Of a DNA stretch of 64,000 nt, positions 39,769 to 51,192 are shown one piece after another. How positions within the stretch are numbered: the stretch's first letter is position 1; each line of letters opens with the position of its first letter. Where the stretch lies: positions 1,152,001-1,216,000 of the forward strand of contig OZ240248.1 of assembly GCA_965198235.1 (NCBI GenBank), written 5' to 3'. Source of the DNA: Candidatus Poribacteria bacterium. GTDB lineage: Bacteria > Poribacteria > WGA-4E > WGA-3G. The notes beneath the pieces are model-generated. The model ran no database searches, was not told the DNA's origin, and saw only the letters and a program-made list of their open reading frames with translations. A program made the translations under genes and the position numbers.

Positions 39769-42700
39769 ATGAAATACTTAAGAATTTTATTCATAGGCAT
39801 CCTGCTTTTAAGTGTAGTCTGCACCGAATCTGCTCCAGAGAACTTGCCATTCGCGGCCATCGCTTCCCAAATCACGCCCGGTGAGTTGCTAATCCGTTTG
39901 ACGCCTGATGCTGCATCGGATGTCGAGCGGTTGCACGCGAACGCTCCAATCTCCATCTTGCACGTCCAGCATAAGGTTGAGTCCTTACACCCGCTGTTTC
40001 CGTACCTCGCGCGCCCATCACTGAATCCTAACCTGAAGCGTATCTATCTGTTAAGATTTGCCCCTGATGCACCTCTCGAGGATCTCAAGGCTGTCTATGA
40101 ACAGAGTCCACTCATTGAGGCTGTCGAGTATAACTACCTCCGTCCAACGCTTGCAGACACGGTCGTTCCCAATGATCCGATGTATCCTGAACAGTGGAGC
40201 CTACCGCTGATGAAGTTACCGCAGGCGTGGGCAATCGAAAAAGGCGACAGGAACGTTGTAATCGCCATTATTGATTCCGGGATCGATTATAGGCACGATG
40301 ATTTAGCACCCAAGGCGTGGATAAACCCGGGCGAGATCCCTGAAAACGGATTAGACGATGATGGCAACGGTTACGTCGATGATGTTTATGGTTGGGATTT
40401 TACCGATGCACCTAATTTACAAGCAGAGGGTGATTACCTTGAAGGCGATAACGAACCGATTGATGAAAAAGGACACGGCACGCACGTCGCTGGTATCGCC
40501 GGTGCTATGCCTGATAACGGGATCGGGATCGCCGGAGTCGCGTGGGAATGTCCCCTCATGGCAATACGCGCTGGACTCTCACTCGGTGGGAGTTCCCGAA
40601 TGCAGGATGATGACTCCGCCGCAGCGATGGTCTATGCGGTTGACAATGGCGCAAGCGTTGTCAACATGAGTTGGGGTAGTGAGCGTCGCTCTTTCGTTAT
40701 TCAGGACGCAATTGATTATGCTTATGCACGGGGTGCCATATTGGTTGCCGCTGCTGGCAATTCTCAGAAACCTGCCGCAATTTTTCCCGCGGGCTATCGG
40801 AAAGTCATTGCTGTCGCATCTACTGAACAGAATCAACAACGATTTTACCAATCTAATTTCGGCGCGTCTGTAGACATCGGTGCTCCCGGCAACGTAATTC
40901 TCAGCACACAGATTAATAACCAATATCGACTCCTCACGGGTACGTCGATGGCGTCGCCACACGTGGCTGGCGTTGCAGCGTTAATCCTCGCCAAACGTCC
41001 CGCGCTGACGCATGAAGAGGTACGACACATACTCATTAGCACCGCTGATCCTGTCTATCAAGAGGATAGCGATGCAGTGGATGAGAGATTTGTAGGAGCG
41101 GGTACTGTCAATGCCGAACGCGCACTCTTCGCAAGCGGCGCATTGCAGGCACGTATCCTCGCGCCTGAAACCAATAGCGGCGGCGCAGATTCAATTACCG
41201 TCGTCGGGACCGCAGGCGGCTATAAATTCCACGCTTGGCAGCTCAGTTATGGCGAATCTACAGTCCCAATCGAGTTTACGCCTTTTACACAATCTTCCAT
41301 CACACAGAAAATCGATGAAACGTTGGCTGTTTGGGATACCACAACGGTTCCAGAGGGGATTTACACCGTCCGTTTAACAACAACAGCCACGGATGGGCAA
41401 CAGATGCACGACCAGGTCGTGTTGAGTGTAGACCGGACACCCCCTCAAATTATCTCCCTTACCGCAACGGACACACTTTACGGCGAGCGACCCCTTACAA
41501 TTTTTACATGGGCAACGGATGATGTCACCCAGAATACACTCTATTACCGGCGAAAGGGAAGTCTCGCTCCTTTTGCCCCTATTGAGACAACCAATCTCGG
41601 AGTAGAGCATTTCCTATTTTTAGGTTTGGAGCGCGGAACTTACCAGTTTTTTGTTGAAGCAGAGAATACGACAAACCTCAAGACGAGAGAGGATAACGGC
41701 GGAGCGTCTTATACGACTGACATTGTTGCCGGATATATCTCGCCAAGCGGATTCACTGAAAAATCTCTTGATATTCCACCGCTCCACATCGCGAGCGTCA
41801 CCGCAGACTTCGACAGAGACGGTCAGCTTGAGATCGTCGGGAGTCCGTTGTCCTCGGAAACTCTCGATGCCGAGTTGCAGGCTGCTATCCTCGCGGTCTA
41901 TGAACGTCTCCCAAGCGGAAGATATGAATTGGCACATACCCTTGAGAGTGTGGAGGGGCTCTCTAATCTCGAAAAATTCGTTACGTGGACGGTAGATGAC
42001 ACTGATAACGACGGTTTGCTCGAAATACTGGCTACCGACGATGCGAGAACCTTCCTCATTGAGAGTCTTATACCGCGTGGGTACCCACACCAGATCATCT
42101 GGGAAACCCCATTTCTCTCCGGTGGCACGATCGCTGATATGGATGGTGATGGACAAAAGGAAATTATCGGCGCCGATAACAACAACGACCGACTCCTCAT
42201 TTTTGAATACGACAATGCCACAAGGACCTATGTTGAGAGGGCTATCTTGATTAACGAATCCCCCGGCTCTAATGTATTCGCCCAACGCTTCGCTATTAAC
42301 GATTTTGATGGTGATGGAAGCATGGAACTCGTAGCGGCGGATAGCGAAGGAGATCTTTTCGTTTATGAATCTACCTCTATCCGCAACACCTTCCGCCTTG
42401 AATGGCAAACGCAACTTCCACTTAAGGACATCACGCAACTCACGGCAGGGGATCTCACCGGTGATGGCGTGCCTGAGTTTGTTGTTGGTGGTTTACTATC
42501 GCTACCCGACAACCCTTCGGGACCACTAATCTGGAAGTTTTTCGTCTTTACGCACACGTCACGGGGATACGCGTTGCTCTCAGACGGAGCGCGTAATGCG
42601 ACTGTCGCGATCGCACCGCACCGGCGAAATGGGAACAGTCTCGCAATCGCAGACTTAGAAGGTGATGGTCACAATAAGTTGGTCATCGCTACGTATCCGA

Positions 42701-43905
42701 ATCTCTATGTGATGCAGTGGGATGGCACGGCGATGTCACCACTCTGGCACCGAAAGATGGAGGAAACCCCCGCTCTTCTTACCGCCGAGCTCAATCAAAA
42801 CGGGTTTGACGAGTTTTACGTTAACCTTGAGGACGGTATTTACCGCTTTGAATCCATCTTCGCAACAGATCCAGATGCCATTGATACGCTCAAACCGTGG
42901 AATGTTGAAGCGAGACCCTTGACACAGAAAGCGGTTCACGTTACATGGGATGCCGAGGAGAACGACGAAACAGATGGCGAACAGTCGGGTCAGACGCGCT
43001 ATTTTACTGTCTACCGCGCACAAGGGGAAAAGAAGGAGGCACCCGCATCTGACGCTTATGAAAAGGTGACGGAAAACCTCACCGTCACAAGATTCCTCGA
43101 CAGACGTGTTACCAAGGATAATACCTACTGGTACGCTATCACGACGAAGGACGAAAAAGGTAACGAAACGCAGCGCACCGAGCCCGTTTCTGCTACACCG
43201 AGAGAACCACCGCAGTTGATTGGGGCAACTTATCACCGTCCAGGTAGTGATATAGGTCCGACACAGCCTAAATCTCAGATTCAGACACCTAATGAGGTTT
43301 CTATGGATGGGAATTTCTGGGTCCTCGTTACCTTCGACCGGCGGATGAATCCTGTGATTGGGGACGAGAACCGGTATGTCTTGCGAGCCGAGAAACGGAT
43401 TGGTGGTGTGAGTCCCGTGTCTGCTATCCGTGACCGGATGGGCACACGCGCACTCTTGGCATTTGATACAGATAGTCTTCTTGAGCACTTCGGGCAATCG
43501 CTGACTGATACAACCGATCAATATGAGATTACCGTATCCAACGTAGTCGATATTGATGAAAACCCTATCCGCGCTGCTACGCGTCCACTTGAAATACCAC
43601 TCGGTGTCATCGGAGCAGCGGTGTCGGATCTGACGCAGGTACGGGTCTATCCAAATCCGGTGCGTCCCAACGTTGCTGACAAAGGCACAGTTACTTTCGA
43701 CAGGTTGCCTGTCGGCACACGCATCCAGCTCTTTACCGCAGGCGGTGAGTTGCTTGAAACATTGGATGTAACCGATCAGGATCACAATCGCAAGGAGTGG
43801 TGGCTTACGAGCAATAACACCGCAGACGTATCAACCGGTATCTATATATACGTCCTTGAATTTGATACGATGAAAAAGATAGGAAAAATCGCGGTGATTA
43901 AATAG
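39769..43905 (+). CDS. Secreted S8 subtilisin-like peptidase with FG-GAP-like repeats, FN3-like and C-terminal sorting-like domain
   Basis: IIDSG, HGTHVAG, GTSMASP triad; DFDRDG/DMDGDG repeats; VRVYPNP...GIYIY tail. Confidence 0.92.
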   Translation: MKYLRILFIGILLLSVVCTESAPENLPFAAIASQITPGELLIRLTPDAASDVERLHANAPISILHVQHKVESLHPLFPYLARPSLNPNLKRIYLLRFAPDAPLEDLKAVYEQSPLIEAVEYNYLRPTLADTVVPNDPMYPEQWSLPLMKLPQAWAIEKGDRNVVIAIIDSGIDYRHDDLAPKAWINPGEIPENGLDDDGNGYVDDVYGWDFTDAPNLQAEGDYLEGDNEPIDEKGHGTHVAGIAGAMPDNGIGIAGVAWECPLMAIRAGLSLGGSSRMQDDDSAAAMVYAVDNGASVVNMSWGSERRSFVIQDAIDYAYARGAILVAAAGNSQKPAAIFPAGYRKVIAVASTEQNQQRFYQSNFGASVDIGAPGNVILSTQINNQYRLLTGTSMASPHVAGVAALILAKRPALTHEEVRHILISTADPVYQEDSDAVDERFVGAGTVNAERALFASGALQARILAPETNSGGADSITVVGTAGGYKFHAWQLSYGESTVPIEFTPFTQSSITQKIDETLAVWDTTTVPEGIYTVRLTTTATDGQQMHDQVVLSVDRTPPQIISLTATDTLYGERPLTIFTWATDDVTQNTLYYRRKGSLAPFAPIETTNLGVEHFLFLGLERGTYQFFVEAENTTNLKTREDNGGASYTTDIVAGYISPSGFTEKSLDIPPLHIASVTADFDRDGQLEIVGSPLSSETLDAELQAAILAVYERLPSGRYELAHTLESVEGLSNLEKFVTWTVDDTDNDGLLEILATDDARTFLIESLIPRGYPHQIIWETPFLSGGTIADMDGDGQKEIIGADNNNDRLLIFEYDNATRTYVERAILINESPGSNVFAQRFAINDFDGDGSMELVAADSEGDLFVYESTSIRNTFRLEWQTQLPLKDITQLTAGDLTGDGVPEFVVGGLLSLPDNPSGPLIWKFFVFTHTSRGYALLSDGARNATVAIAPHRRNGNSLAIADLEGDGHNKLVIATYPNLYVMQWDGTAMSPLWHRKMEETPALLTAELNQNGFDEFYVNLEDGIYRFESIFATDPDAIDTLKPWNVEARPLTQKAVHVTWDAEENDETDGEQSGQTRYFTVYRAQGEKKEAPASDAYEKVTENLTVTRFLDRRVTKDNTYWYAITTKDEKGNETQRTEPVSATPREPPQLIGATYHRPGSDIGPTQPKSQIQTPNEVSMDGNFWVLVTFDRRMNPVIGDENRYVLRAEKRIGGVSPVSAIRDRMGTRALLAFDTDSLLEHFGQSLTDTTDQYEITVSNVVDIDENPIRAATRPLEIPLGVIGAAVSDLTQVRVYPNPVRPNVADKGTVTFDRLPVGTRIQLFTAGGELLETLDVTDQDHNRKEWWLTSNNTADVSTGIYIYVLEFDTMKKIGKIAVIK

Positions 43906-44069
43906 TTTTTTAACTATTTAATCTGATCACTGCTCCATTACATTCCGCAGTGGTTTTTGGTTAATTCTAACCCGCTCCAGGTGTTCAAAGAGCTCTTGAT
44001 TTCACCAGAAACCGTTGTGAAACGTAGTGAAACAACGCCCAGGAGCCCATAGTTAAAAAAGTTAAAAAA
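43905..44069. mobile_element. Complete family B MITE-like element filling the intergenic space
   Basis: Left arm TTTTTAACTAT...TGCTCCATTACATTCCGCAGTGGTTT; right arm AAACCGTTGTGAAACGTAGTGAAACAACG...ATAGTTAAAAAA ending just before ATG 44070. Confidence 0.75.
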
Positions 44070-45074
44070 ATGGATAATTTTATTCTCATCGCAAACCCCA
44101 TTTCCGGTAAAGGCAACGCGAAAAACGTTGCTGAACAGGCTTATGCTGCCCTTACCGAATCTGGAGCTCAGGGACAATTGATGTTCACTTCGGCATCCGG
44201 CGATGCCAAACGTTTCGCGCAGGAAGCCATCTCTGATGGAATTCGATCCATGATTGCTTGCGGTGGCGATGGGACGCTCCACGAAGTTGTTAACGGTATC
44301 GAGACGGCTCCAGATGTAACCTTAGGTGTTCTTCCGTGTGGTCGCGGCAACGATTTTGCAGCGGCAATCGGTGTGCCGCTGAAACCTGAAGCCGCAATCG
44401 CAACCCTCTTATCTGGCACCCCTATCCGTGTAGATTTAGGATGTTGCTATCAGAATAGCAGTCAGCAGTCAGTTGTTAATCCAAATGATGTAGCCCGTAA
44501 TGAAATGGAGGGCGGATCTACGGAAAGGTGCTTCAATGTCCAAACCCCACTGACCGAACCGCAAGGAAAAATTAAAAAATATTTCATCACCATTGCCACC
44601 TGCGGTTACGATACGGAAGTGAGTCGCCGTGCGGCGAAAGGAACACCGCTGTTTGCAGGCACTGCCTCCTACGCTTACGCCGCGGTGGAGACACTTTTCT
44701 ACTACGAACCGCCGTTTGTGCGTCTTGAGGGCGACTTCGGTGTCCACGAGGGACCGCTCCTTCTCGCTGCGACAGGCATCACAAATCGATATGGCGGTGG
44801 ATTTCAGATTGTACCGAACGCTCGCGTCGACGATGGGCTTTTCGATGTCTGTATTATCCGACCGGTGTCCTCTCTAACGGTGTTACGGCTCATGGTGACA
44901 CTCTTCTGGGGTGGACATGTTTCGCATCCTGCCGTATCCATGCACCAGACCCGCACTTTAACAATTGAGACCGACACACCCATGCTGTTGTATGCCGATG
45001 GCGAGCCGATGTGCGAAACCCCTGCCACAATTGAGATAATTAAAGAGGGACTCGCTGTAATGGCACCTCGTTGA
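44070..45074 (+). CDS. Diacylglycerol/lipid kinase family protein (YegS/DgkB-like) with in-frame repeat insertion
   Basis: NPISG, GGDGT, GRGNDFA, YGGG, DDGLFD, DGE; extra ~40 aa at 44450-44579. Confidence 0.9.
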   Translation: MDNFILIANPISGKGNAKNVAEQAYAALTESGAQGQLMFTSASGDAKRFAQEAISDGIRSMIACGGDGTLHEVVNGIETAPDVTLGVLPCGRGNDFAAAIGVPLKPEAAIATLLSGTPIRVDLGCCYQNSSQQSVVNPNDVARNEMEGGSTERCFNVQTPLTEPQGKIKKYFITIATCGYDTEVSRRAAKGTPLFAGTASYAYAAVETLFYYEPPFVRLEGDFGVHEGPLLLAATGITNRYGGGFQIVPNARVDDGLFDVCIIRPVSSLTVLRLMVTLFWGGHVSHPAVSMHQTRTLTIETDTPMLLYADGEPMCETPATIEIIKEGLAVMAPR

Positions 45075-45279
45075 TGCTCCCTACTCCCTTGCAAACGCTC
45101 CGGCGACTGGGTTTGTTGATGGCAATCGGCAATCGGTGGTCAGCAGTCAGTAGTTTGCTGTGAGAATCAATCCGCCTCTCCCTGCTGGCGAGGTGTTTTG
45201 CTTGGGGTTTTTGCTTGGGGTTTTTGATAGGGTGTTTCTGTGGATTTCTGCGGATTTCCTCTAGTAACCTCGCCTCTTT

Positions 45280-47064
45280 TTAAGCGTCCTCAGGATACAT
45301 TTCCTCAATCGCATCCCCGTATCGCGCTATGATAACGTTGCGCTTTAACTTTAGCGTGGGTGTCATCTCATCCGCTTCTTGAGAAAATTCCTTATCGAGC
45401 AGCGTGAACCGTCGTACCTGTTCAAAGTCCGCGAAATCGGTTAAACGACTCCGGATTTCGCCTTGAATGAATTGTTGCACCTCGCGCGTCTCAAGCAGTG
45501 TCGCAAGCTCATCCGTCGCAACGTTATTCTCCGCCCCCCACGCCTTGAGTGCATCAAAATTCGGAACAATCAATGCAGCGAGATTTTTGCGTTCGTTTCC
45601 CACCAGCATAATCTGGTTAATAAAGGGACTTTGCACCAACACGCTTTCTATCGGTTGCGGTGCAACGTTTTTACCGTTGGAGAGCACAATGATGTTCTTC
45701 TTCCGATCAGTAATCTTAACGAACCCGTCCTCATCAATGATGCCGATGTCACCCGTATGAAACCAACCCTCTCCATCGATAACCTCTGCTGTCGCGGATT
45801 CGTTATTGAAATAGCCCTTCATGACGTGTGGACCACGGGTTAAAATTTCACCATCTTCAGCGATTTGTACCTCCACTCCGGGGACAGGCACGCCAACGGT
45901 TCCGAACCTCCATTGTGCTGAATGGTTCATGCTAATGACGGGCGAGGTCTCCGTTAAGCCGTACCCCTCCAAAATCAGTATCCCCGCCGCGTGGAAAAAT
46001 TCGGCGATTGATTGGGGTAACGCTGCGCCACCAGAGACGAAAAAGCGTAGCCGGCCACCCGTCGCCGCCTTCAATTTCGCAAAGACCAGTTTGTCCGCGA
46101 TGTTCTGCTGTAATTGCAAAATTGCAGACGGCTTTTTCCCCTTTTGAATCGCTGAACTGACGGATGAACCGACTGAGACACCCCAGTGGAAAATCTTCTG
46201 TTTGAGCGACGAACCTTCCTGCACGGCACGCAGAATTCTGTCATGCATGGTTTCATAGAGTCGCGGCACACTGAGCATCACTGTCGGAGCGACCTCCCGC
46301 ATATTCTGTGCGACCGTGAACGTACTCTCCGCATAAGCCACCTTCGCACCGGAGAACAATGGCACGTAGTGTCCACCGAGCCGTTCAAATACATGTGATA
46401 ACGGTAGGAACGACAACAACACGTCTGCATCATTGACATCGATAAGCGATTTACACGCCTGTAAATTTGAAATGAAATTCGCATGTGTCAGCATGACACC
46501 CTTCGGATCTCCTGTTGTCCCCGAAGTATAGATAATCGTTGCGATGTCGTCTTCGCTCGCGTAGGAGGGGTTTCTAACCCCGATTCCTTGTTCCTGTCCG
46601 TCCAGTTCACAGACTGCCTCAAATTGGATAACACCCTCTGGGCATTCACCTTCAATCGGGTCAAAGACAATTATCTGTTCAAGCGTCGGGACTTCATCTC
46701 GGATAGCGGTTACCTTCTCCAACTGCCTGCTCGTGGAGACGCAGATAATTTTTGATCCGGAATCTTTTAGGATATAACCGACCTGTGCCGCAGTTAGCGT
46801 TGAGAACATTGGTACGGTTACCGCACCGGCTTTGAGGCTACCGAAATCCGTGATTGTCCATTCGGGGCGGTTCTCGGAGAGAAGCGCGACCCGATCGTCC
46901 TTTTGCACCCCTAAGGCAGTTAACCCTTTACTAAAAGCGTCCACCGATTCGCCGAGTTCAGTGTAAGAGATGTCTTGATAAGTGCCACCTTTCGGTTTAT
47001 GTGCCAATGCCGGTTTACTACCGTAGTGTTGGATTGAATGTTCTAACATGGATATCAGTGTCAT
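45280..47064 (-). CDS. Long-chain fatty acid-CoA ligase
   Basis: IIYTSGTTGDPKG, EGYGLTE, FHTGDIG, TPTLKLKR. Confidence 0.95.
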   Translation of the reverse strand: MTLISMLEHSIQHYGSKPALAHKPKGGTYQDISYTELGESVDAFSKGLTALGVQKDDRVALLSENRPEWTITDFGSLKAGAVTVPMFSTLTAAQVGYILKDSGSKIICVSTSRQLEKVTAIRDEVPTLEQIIVFDPIEGECPEGVIQFEAVCELDGQEQGIGVRNPSYASEDDIATIIYTSGTTGDPKGVMLTHANFISNLQACKSLIDVNDADVLLSFLPLSHVFERLGGHYVPLFSGAKVAYAESTFTVAQNMREVAPTVMLSVPRLYETMHDRILRAVQEGSSLKQKIFHWGVSVGSSVSSAIQKGKKPSAILQLQQNIADKLVFAKLKAATGGRLRFFVSGGAALPQSIAEFFHAAGILILEGYGLTETSPVISMNHSAQWRFGTVGVPVPGVEVQIAEDGEILTRGPHVMKGYFNNESATAEVIDGEGWFHTGDIGIIDEDGFVKITDRKKNIIVLSNGKNVAPQPIESVLVQSPFINQIMLVGNERKNLAALIVPNFDALKAWGAENNVATDELATLLETREVQQFIQGEIRSRLTDFADFEQVRRFTLLDKEFSQEADEMTPTLKLKRNVIIARYGDAIEEMYPEDA

Positions 47065-47570
47065 TATGGCGTTTCTCCTGTTGCCTCGTAGTGAGAGTTT
47101 GCCTCTATCCTAACATACGAACTGATGAGAGTCAAGTTAATCGTTCCTCTTACGGGTAGGATCGATTTCCTTCCCACTGATAAATTTTCATAGTAACCTT
47201 CACAGAAGATTTCTGAAAAAACCGCGCAGAATCCAGTCAGGGCATGGGTTTATAGCATCCTTTGGGATCCATCACTGTCCGAGTTTTGCTATGAAAACTG
47301 TGAAATTAGCATTGTTTAGAATCATGTATAGGAGCCGACTGCTGACCGCTGATGGCTGATCGCTGACTGTTATTCTTCTGGCGACCGCAAACGAAATTCT
47401 ACCTAAACTTGTTTTTTTCTTGCTTTTGTGTTACGAATTGTGCTAAACTATTGCAAATTATCACAGCAGAACCCAATTTAAGCAGGACCTGAATTAATAT
47501 TCGCAAAATTCTGGGAAATGTGGTAAACTCTATCCTAAAGTCATCCGTTGTTGTCTGAGGAGACGTTCAA

Positions 47571-49391
47571 ATGTACGATAAGAAGAATCGTAAAATTGCT
47601 GGTCCAGGTCCTGATGGGAACGACCTGTTTATTGAAGATGACGAGGAACTTGAAGAGGAACTCACTCCCGAAGAGGAGGCAATGAGTTCTGGCTATTCGT
47701 TACAGTTAATTCACCACATTATTGCCGACACCCCGGTAGATGACCGGCGCCGTCGCTGGCTCATGGAACTCCGTCGCGCTATTCTCAACGATGAAGGCGA
47801 ATTTCAAGAGAGGGTCCGCTCGATTCAGCAGGAGGCACTCCGTATCCACGCAGAAATGGAGGAGCAGATTGAGAAGCTCACCGCACCCGCAAATCGAATC
47901 GGAACCCTACTCGGATTGCCCAAGGAGGACATTGCCCGCGTTATCGTCGGCGGCTCCGAATACTACGCGAATATTGATACCGAACTGAAAGCATCCGACC
48001 TTAAAAAGGGGTTCAGCGTCCTGTTGAACGACGCTTTTGTCGTTGTCGGTGAACTCGGATACAACGATGCAGGTCCTATTGCAAAAATAGCCGATGTCAT
48101 GCCGGATGGACGGCTCCGTATCGGTCAAGAACCGAATGCTCAAACTGTCATCCTTGAACGCTCCACAGACCTCGTAGATGTGAAACTGAAACCCGGTGAT
48201 GAAGTTCGGATCGACTCCAACTTCCGTGTCGCCGTTGAACATATCGCCGCGAAAGAGACAGACGCTTACGCGCTTGAAGCGGTGCCGAATATACCGTGGT
48301 CCAAGGTGGGTGGGCTTGACGATACCATCCAACGCATTAAAGACACGATCGAGCTCCCGATCCTACATCCCAAACTCTTTGAACGCTTCCAGTATAGTGC
48401 GCCGAAAGGTTTCCTTCTCCACGGTCCTCCGGGATGTGGAAAAACACTCATTGGCAAAGCGACCGCTTACAACTTAACCCAACGTCTCCGAAGGGAAAGC
48501 GGCGAGGATGTTGAAGGCTGTTTCCTACACATCAAGGGACCCGAGATCCTCAACATGTGGCTCGGTGAATCTGAACGGAAAGTGCGAGAGATTTTTCAGA
48601 TTGCTCGTGAGAAAAAAGAAGATGGCAAGTTGGCGTTTGTCTTTATCGATGAGGCGGAGTCAATATTGGGGACACGACGTGCACTCAGATCCCACAGTAT
48701 CTCGAACACACTTGTCCCGATGTTTTGTGCAGAGATGGACGGTATTGAATCTCTGCAGGATGTCGTCATTATCTTGGCGACAAACCGTCCCGATCTAATT
48801 GACCCTGCCGTTTTACGTCCAGGGCGAATTGATAGGAAAATTAAAGTAACACGTCCAGATGCAAAGGCTGCAAAGGATATCTTCCGTATCTACCTCACCC
48901 CTGAGATACCCATTGCTTCACTCCTTGATCAGGAGAATGATACCGGAACAGGAGAAGGTGAAACACCCCCCGAAGTCATCCCGGCGGAGAAAGCCGTTGC
49001 AGATCTAATCGCACAGGCCGTTGATGAGATGTTCCGTGAAGACGAAGACAACCGATTCCTTGAAGTTTCTCTCAGGAGTGGGAGACGCGATATTCTCTAT
49101 AAAGGACATCTGTGCAGCGGTGCAATTATTGAGTCGATTGTGCAACGGGCGAAGGAGTCCGCACTCAAACGTGCGATTCAGAACCCAGAGAAGGAAAGTG
49201 GTATCACGCGCGCCGACCTGTTAGATGCACTCGCCGCAGAGTATAGCGAAAGCGAAATCTTCCCGCCAACCGAGGCGACTGAAGACTGGCTCAAGCTCCT
49301 TGATTACGATCCAACGAATGTTGTCAAAGTTACGCCTATCAAATCTGAGAAACAGGAGCGACGCAAAGCCTCCGGTTCGCGCGTCATTTAG
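47571..49391 (+). CDS. arc: Proteasome-associated AAA ATPase (ARC/Mpa-like)
   Basis: Coiled coil and OB region, GPPGCGKT, IKGPEILNMWLGESER, FIDE, RPGRID; first gene of the proteasome operon. Confidence 0.9.
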   Translation: MYDKKNRKIAGPGPDGNDLFIEDDEELEEELTPEEEAMSSGYSLQLIHHIIADTPVDDRRRRWLMELRRAILNDEGEFQERVRSIQQEALRIHAEMEEQIEKLTAPANRIGTLLGLPKEDIARVIVGGSEYYANIDTELKASDLKKGFSVLLNDAFVVVGELGYNDAGPIAKIADVMPDGRLRIGQEPNAQTVILERSTDLVDVKLKPGDEVRIDSNFRVAVEHIAAKETDAYALEAVPNIPWSKVGGLDDTIQRIKDTIELPILHPKLFERFQYSAPKGFLLHGPPGCGKTLIGKATAYNLTQRLRRESGEDVEGCFLHIKGPEILNMWLGESERKVREIFQIAREKKEDGKLAFVFIDEAESILGTRRALRSHSISNTLVPMFCAEMDGIESLQDVVIILATNRPDLIDPAVLRPGRIDRKIKVTRPDAKAAKDIFRIYLTPEIPIASLLDQENDTGTGEGETPPEVIPAEKAVADLIAQAVDEMFREDEDNRFLEVSLRSGRRDILYKGHLCSGAIIESIVQRAKESALKRAIQNPEKESGITRADLLDALAAEYSESEIFPPTEATEDWLKLLDYDPTNVVKVTPIKSEKQERRKASGSRVI

Positions 49392-49463
49392 GCTTTTAAG
49401 TTAGTAATTCTGGAGTTAATAACTTAAAAAATGGAACGATCCTTAGAGGCACATAATTAAAAA

Positions 49464-50978
49464 ATGGGAAGACTTTTTGGAATCGAAACTGAATACGGAA
49501 TAACACTCGAAAATGAAGCGCACATTGATGCCGTCAAGCAGTCAATTGAGCTGGTAAAAAGTTACCGACAAGAAGATTTTCGACCTGTGTGGGACTACCG
49601 CGGCGAGGACCCGTTTCGAGACGAACGCGGCTTTCGGGCGAGCGCGCTTTCCAATCATCCCGATGAGAAGGAAGAGGAAAAGCGCGACCAAAAACGCAAT
49701 ATTAAAGAACGACTCTCTTTTGCTGAAATCAAAAGCGATCACATCCTCGTCAACGGCGCACGGTTCTACAACGATCACGCACATCCAGAGTATTCAACAC
49801 CTGAATGCAGCAGTCTCTTTGACCTTGTCGCACACGATAAAGCCGGCGAACGCATCCTTCAACGGTGTGCCGAAACACGCAGCCAGAAACTCGGAAAACG
49901 CGTGCTTTTATACAAGAATAATACCGATTTCCATGGGCATAGTTACGGTTGCCACGATAACTACCTGATGGCACGCGAAGTACCGTTTGAAACCCTCAAG
50001 CAAGGTATCATGCCGTTCTTTATCACACGCCAGATCTTCGCAGGTGCCGGAAAAATCGGCATTGAAACTGAAGCCGGACTCGCAACGCCAGGACACTACC
50101 AGTTATCTCAACGATCCGATTTCTTTCACGTCGAGGCGAGTGTGGATACCATGCACAATCGTCCTATCGTCAACACGCGAGATGAACCGCACGCTGATGC
50201 ATCTAAATATCGTAGGTTGCACGGCATCGCCGGGGATGCAAATATGTCCGAATACGCCACCGCACTCAAAGTCGGCACGACAGCACTCGTGATTGCCTTG
50301 ATTGAACAGCGGAGGATTCCAGAAAGTTTAGTGCTCGTCAACCCGATTGATACCATCAAAACTGTATCGCATGACCAGACATATCGTTGGATAGTAATGA
50401 CGGCAGAAGGGAAAACGATGTCCGCTATTGACCATCAGCGTGAGTATCTTGCACTCGCACAGAAGCATCTCGGTGAAGCTGTGGGGCTTGAAACCGACTG
50501 GGTGCTCACCGAGTGGGAGGATACCCTCAACGCGCTTGAGACGGACCCAATGTCGCTCACTGATCGGCTTGATTGGGTCGCGAAGAAATGGTTGCTTGAA
50601 ACGTTTGCTGAGGAAGAGGGAGTCGCGTGGGATGACCCGTGGCTCCAAAGTTTGGATTTAGAATATCACAACATCGATCTTGATGAAGGGCTATACTATG
50701 GGATTCCGATGCGGCGTATCGTCACGGACGAACAGATTGATGCTGCGCTCCATAATCCGCCTGCCGACACGCGGGCATACTTCCGGGGGCGCGCTGTAGA
50801 TCGATTCAGTAACTCTATAAAGGCTATCCAGTGGGATAGTATTACCTTTACTGTAAACGGGCGCACCCGCGAAATCAATCTAAATGCCCTCGCAGATGCG
50901 GAGATCGCGCGTCAATATAACGAGGCACTCGATCAATCGCCGACTGTTGAGACGCTCATTGAAAAATTGCCTCTATAA
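49464..50978 (+). CDS. dop: Dop-like depupylase/deamidase (PafA2)
   Basis: GIETEYG, NGARFYNDHAHPEYSTPEC, YKNNTD, GCHDNY, RRLHGI. Confidence 0.85.
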   Translation: MGRLFGIETEYGITLENEAHIDAVKQSIELVKSYRQEDFRPVWDYRGEDPFRDERGFRASALSNHPDEKEEEKRDQKRNIKERLSFAEIKSDHILVNGARFYNDHAHPEYSTPECSSLFDLVAHDKAGERILQRCAETRSQKLGKRVLLYKNNTDFHGHSYGCHDNYLMAREVPFETLKQGIMPFFITRQIFAGAGKIGIETEAGLATPGHYQLSQRSDFFHVEASVDTMHNRPIVNTRDEPHADASKYRRLHGIAGDANMSEYATALKVGTTALVIALIEQRRIPESLVLVNPIDTIKTVSHDQTYRWIVMTAEGKTMSAIDHQREYLALAQKHLGEAVGLETDWVLTEWEDTLNALETDPMSLTDRLDWVAKKWLLETFAEEEGVAWDDPWLQSLDLEYHNIDLDEGLYYGIPMRRIVTDEQIDAALHNPPADTRAYFRGRAVDRFSNSIKAIQWDSITFTVNGRTREINLNALADAEIARQYNEALDQSPTVETLIEKLPL

Positions 50979-50994
50979 AAGAAGGAGATATAGA

Positions 50995-51192
50995 ATGACA
51001 GCCAAGATGATTGCTCAGCTTGAACGGAAGCAAAGAGACACCAAACCCATTGGACCCGGTGATGGCGATGACGATAACGAGGGACCCAAGCGACAGAAAG
51101 TCAGTCGGCCCGATACGCAAGAACTGCTCAAACGGATGCGGCGTGTTGACAAAGATCAGTCCAGACGTTACCGCCAAAGAACGGGGGAGTGA
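50995..51192 (+). CDS. ubact: Ubiquitin-like protein UBact (Pup analog), 65 aa
   Basis: AAGGAG RBS, charged disordered sequence ending YRQRTGE (R[ST]G[EQ] signature), located between dop and prcB. Confidence 0.9.
   Translation: MTAKMIAQLERKQRDTKPIGPGDGDDDNEGPKRQKVSRPDTQELLKRMRRVDKDQSRRYRQRTGE

Noticed and set aside
42736-43785. 349-aa minus-strand ORF and other long antisense ORFs (e.g. 23634..24317, 31945..32658)
   Set aside because: Shadow frames of well-supported genes, no motifs
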